Positions 5,689 to 6,945 of a DNA stretch of 6,945 nucleotides are shown here, piece by piece; positions within the stretch are counted from its first letter, which is position 1, and each line of letters begins with the position of its first letter. The notes below the pieces were generated by a model, which did no database searches, had not been told where the DNA came from, and saw only the letters and a list, made by a program, of their open reading frames with translations. The position numbers and the translations under genes are program-made. Origin of the DNA: a virus; the IMG/VR virus record IMGVR_UViG_3300030361_000047, positions 1-6,945 of that record; one strand, 5' to 3'.

Positions 5689-6195
5689 TTAGGAATCTAA
5701 AAAAAGATTTCTACAAACTAGACAGGCTTTTATTTCTTCAATTGATTTTTTGCCAATCAAACGAGTTTTCAATAAATCTAATTCGGAATAATTTAGTAAC
5801 TCAGATAGCTTTGTTATGCCTATATCGTGTAAACAGTTAACAGTTTTAACACTCAATTCTAAGTTATGTAAATCAATATCATCTTGTTGATAGTGAGATG
5901 GTAAGTCATTCTCAGATATCGAATATGGAGACTCTTCACTCTCTAGGTATTCATCGACAAAATAAGATATTTGGTCTTTTATGATCTTGTCTTGTTTAAG
6001 CAAAGAAAGAAGAAGTTTTAAATTAACCTCAAGTTCAGTAACTTTTTGTTCAGCGTTTTCTAGCTGAGAACAAACGTGGGGATAATGCATTATTATGTTT
6101 CGGACTGTCTTAGCAGAAGTACCTATGCCATGAACCCGCTTAACTGAATCTATTATCGAATCTAATTGACCGTTGGTTTCAAATTTAATTAACAT
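5689..6195 (-). CDS. 168-aa cargo protein: N-terminal small DNA-binding-like module + coiled coil + acidic linker + C-terminal RNA polymerase alpha-subunit CTD-like (helix-hairpin-helix) domain
   Basis: Residues 110-159 (HNLELSVKTVNCLHDIGITKLSELLNYSELDLLKTRLIGKKSIEEIKACL) align without gaps to E. coli RpoA 258-307 ([50 protein letters not shown], from memory). The N-terminus LIKFET...VKRVHGIGTSAKTVRNIIMHY is RHH- or HTH-like. Residues 44-80 look heptad-like. AAGGT lies 7 nt upstream of the ATG. Confidence 0.75.
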   Translation of the reverse strand: MLIKFETNGQLDSIIDSVKRVHGIGTSAKTVRNIIMHYPHVCSQLENAEQKVTELEVNLKLLLSLLKQDKIIKDQISYFVDEYLESEESPYSISENDLPSHYQQDDIDLHNLELSVKTVNCLHDIGITKLSELLNYSELDLLKTRLIGKKSIEEIKACLVCRNLFLDS

Positions 6196-6200
6196 AATTA

Positions 6201-6300
6201 GTACCTTTTTAGTTGTGCCTGGTTAAATATAAGATAAGTTAATGGTACCTTTTTATGATGCCTGGCACAAGTATTTTTTGTATTTTCGGTACCTTTTTTT
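6201..6300. repeat. Three direct repeats of GTACCTTTTT at exactly 44-bp spacing (6201, 6245, 6289); the first two extend to GTACCTTTTTA-N3/4-TGCCTGG
   Basis: Read directly: 6201-6222 gtacctttttagttgtgcctgg, 6245-6265 gtacctttttatgatgcctgg, 6289-6300 gtaccttttttt. They fill the zot-to-ORF168 intergenic spacer. Confidence 0.85.
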
Positions 6301-6302
6301 GA

Positions 6303-6945
6303 TTATGTTGATTTGTCCTGGTATTCATTTTGGTACTGTTCACGTTTAAAAGAACAAAATGCATATTGCTGATATTCTTTATATTGTATTAACGCCTTGC
6401 AGCTGGTGATCCATTTAACAGAATAGCCTAAGTCCTTTAAATCATAACTAGCAATCTGAAACTGACCAGCGTCAAAAATATAGGTTTTTTCCTTTTGTGA
6501 CCAAAGGGAGCCAACAATTTGAAGCTTAGGAAAAGACGGAATATCTAAAGCACTGCTTTGATAAGCGTTGATGTTAACAACATCATTGCTAACAGCATTA
6601 TTAACCTGAGTATTACTAGTTTCATTAATAGTTTCACTAGGCTGATTAGCTTTTTCATCGGTTTTTTGCATAGCTTTAAGACTCGAAGAACTAGAGCCCC
6701 CGATTGCACTAGGAGCTGGTTTACTAAGAACATAAGACCAGATAAGCACAAGTAAAGATAAAAGACCGACAACTTTTGGATCTTTGTAAAAAGCTGTTCG
6801 TGGGTTAGTATTTTGGAATGTTCCCGTTTTAGTAGACGCATATAAATCGAAAACTTTTTTCGGTACATAATTAAAATATTTGACTGTACCTTGACTTGAT
6901 TGGCTTGTTCCTCTGCTATCTGCACCATGTTCCACCGTTTTATAG
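6303..6945 (-). CDS. zot: Zot / pI-family assembly protein, C-terminal part (TM segment + periplasmic domain); 6819-6945 duplicates 1-127
   Basis: The frame is continuous with 1-639 across the circle junction: 639 + 516 nt = 1155 nt = 384 aa + stop. The sequence VEHGADSRGTSQSSQGTVKYFNYVPKK is present in both copies. There is a single TM (VVGLLSLLVLIWSYVLS) followed by a ~135-aa Ser/Asn/Gln-rich C-terminal domain, which is the topology of pI/Zot. Confidence 0.9.
   Translation of the reverse strand, partial: YKTVEHGADSRGTSQSSQGTVKYFNYVPKKVFDLYASTKTGTFQNTNPRTAFYKDPKVVGLLSLLVLIWSYVLSKPAPSAIGGSSSSSLKAMQKTDEKANQPSETINETSNTQVNNAVSNDVVNINAYQSSALDIPSFPKLQIVGSLWSQKEKTYIFDAGQFQIASYDLKDLGYSVKWITSCKALIQYKEYQQYAFCSFKREQYQNEYQDKST
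6819..6945. repeat. Terminal redundancy copy B (identical to 1-127)
   Basis: Same comparison as copy A. Confidence 0.95.

Larger units (their letters stand above)
1..6818 (-). mobile_element. Complete genome unit (6818 bp) of a filamentous phage (Inoviridae-like); the window is circularly permuted with the break inside the zot-like gene
   Basis: Exact 127-bp identity between the window ends. Canonical inovirus gene set and order are present (Rep, small ssb-sized ORF, pVIII with signal peptide, pIII-like, pVI/Ace-like, Zot/pI). The genes are tightly packed or overlapping on one strand, and a large hairpin-rich intergenic region lies upstream of rep. Confidence 0.85.

Noticed and set aside
6242-6349. 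35-codon plus-strand ORF (MVPFYDAWHKYF...) across the repeat spacer and the zot 3' end
   Set aside because: It is antisense to the operon, has no Shine-Dalgarno, and overlaps the zot stop region. Its hydrophobic, T-rich codons simply reflect the A-tract repeats.
6303-6400. Possible enterotoxic Zot peptide (the FCIGRL-type motif of V. cholerae Zot) in the C-terminal domain (AFCSFKRE)
   Set aside because: Only the FC dipeptide matches and the surrounding sequence is unrelated. There is no basis for calling toxin activity.
6545-6928. Track ORFs 6545-6928(-) and 6558-6755(+) inside the zot C-terminal region
   Set aside because: They overlap the frame that joins seamlessly to the zot N-terminus across the circle junction. 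They are alternative-frame artefacts of AT-rich sequence.
1-6945. CRISPR arrays, tRNA/rRNA genes, transposase/IS ends, integrase, secretin (pIV)
   Set aside because: I looked for these on both strands and found nothing: no spaced repeat arrays beyond those reported, no cloverleaf-like segments, and no ORFs left unassigned that are large enough.

Overview
The window looks like one complete, circularly permuted genome of a small filamentous phage (Inoviridae-like, CTXphi/VGJphi-style Zot-encoding type). Bases 1-127 are identical to 6819-6945. Closing the circle gives a 6818-bp unit and rejoins a split zot/pI gene into one 384-codon frame. All genes but one read on the minus strand. Around the circle they are: strong promoter (3391-3420), 96-aa putative ssDNA-binding protein, 140-aa coat-topology membrane protein, major coat protein pVIII, a 26-codon hydrophobic micro-ORF, a 455-aa pIII-like adsorption protein, a pVI/Ace-like protein, Zot/pI assembly ATPase, a 168-aa cargo ORF, a possible 56-aa 2-TM ORF, a hairpin-rich intergenic region, and a 520-aa HUH rolling-circle Rep. 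One small plus-strand ORF (putative RHH-type repressor) is divergent from the structural operon across an array of GTTTCA-type repeats. I found no secretin, integrase, tRNA, rRNA or CRISPR. The most unusual feature is the 168-aa ORF just downstream of zot, the slot where CTXphi carries ctxAB. Its C-terminal ~60 aa aligns without gaps to the RNA polymerase alpha-subunit C-terminal domain and keeps the UP-element DNA-binding determinant. This domain is fused to a small N-terminal DNA-binding-like module and a coiled coil, and the gene is preceded by three 44-bp-phased A-tract repeats. Other notable points are thrombospondin-type-3 Ca-binding repeats in pIII and a pC194/phiX-like Rep with a zinc ribbon. 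All homology statements rest on hand alignment to remembered sequences; no searches were run.
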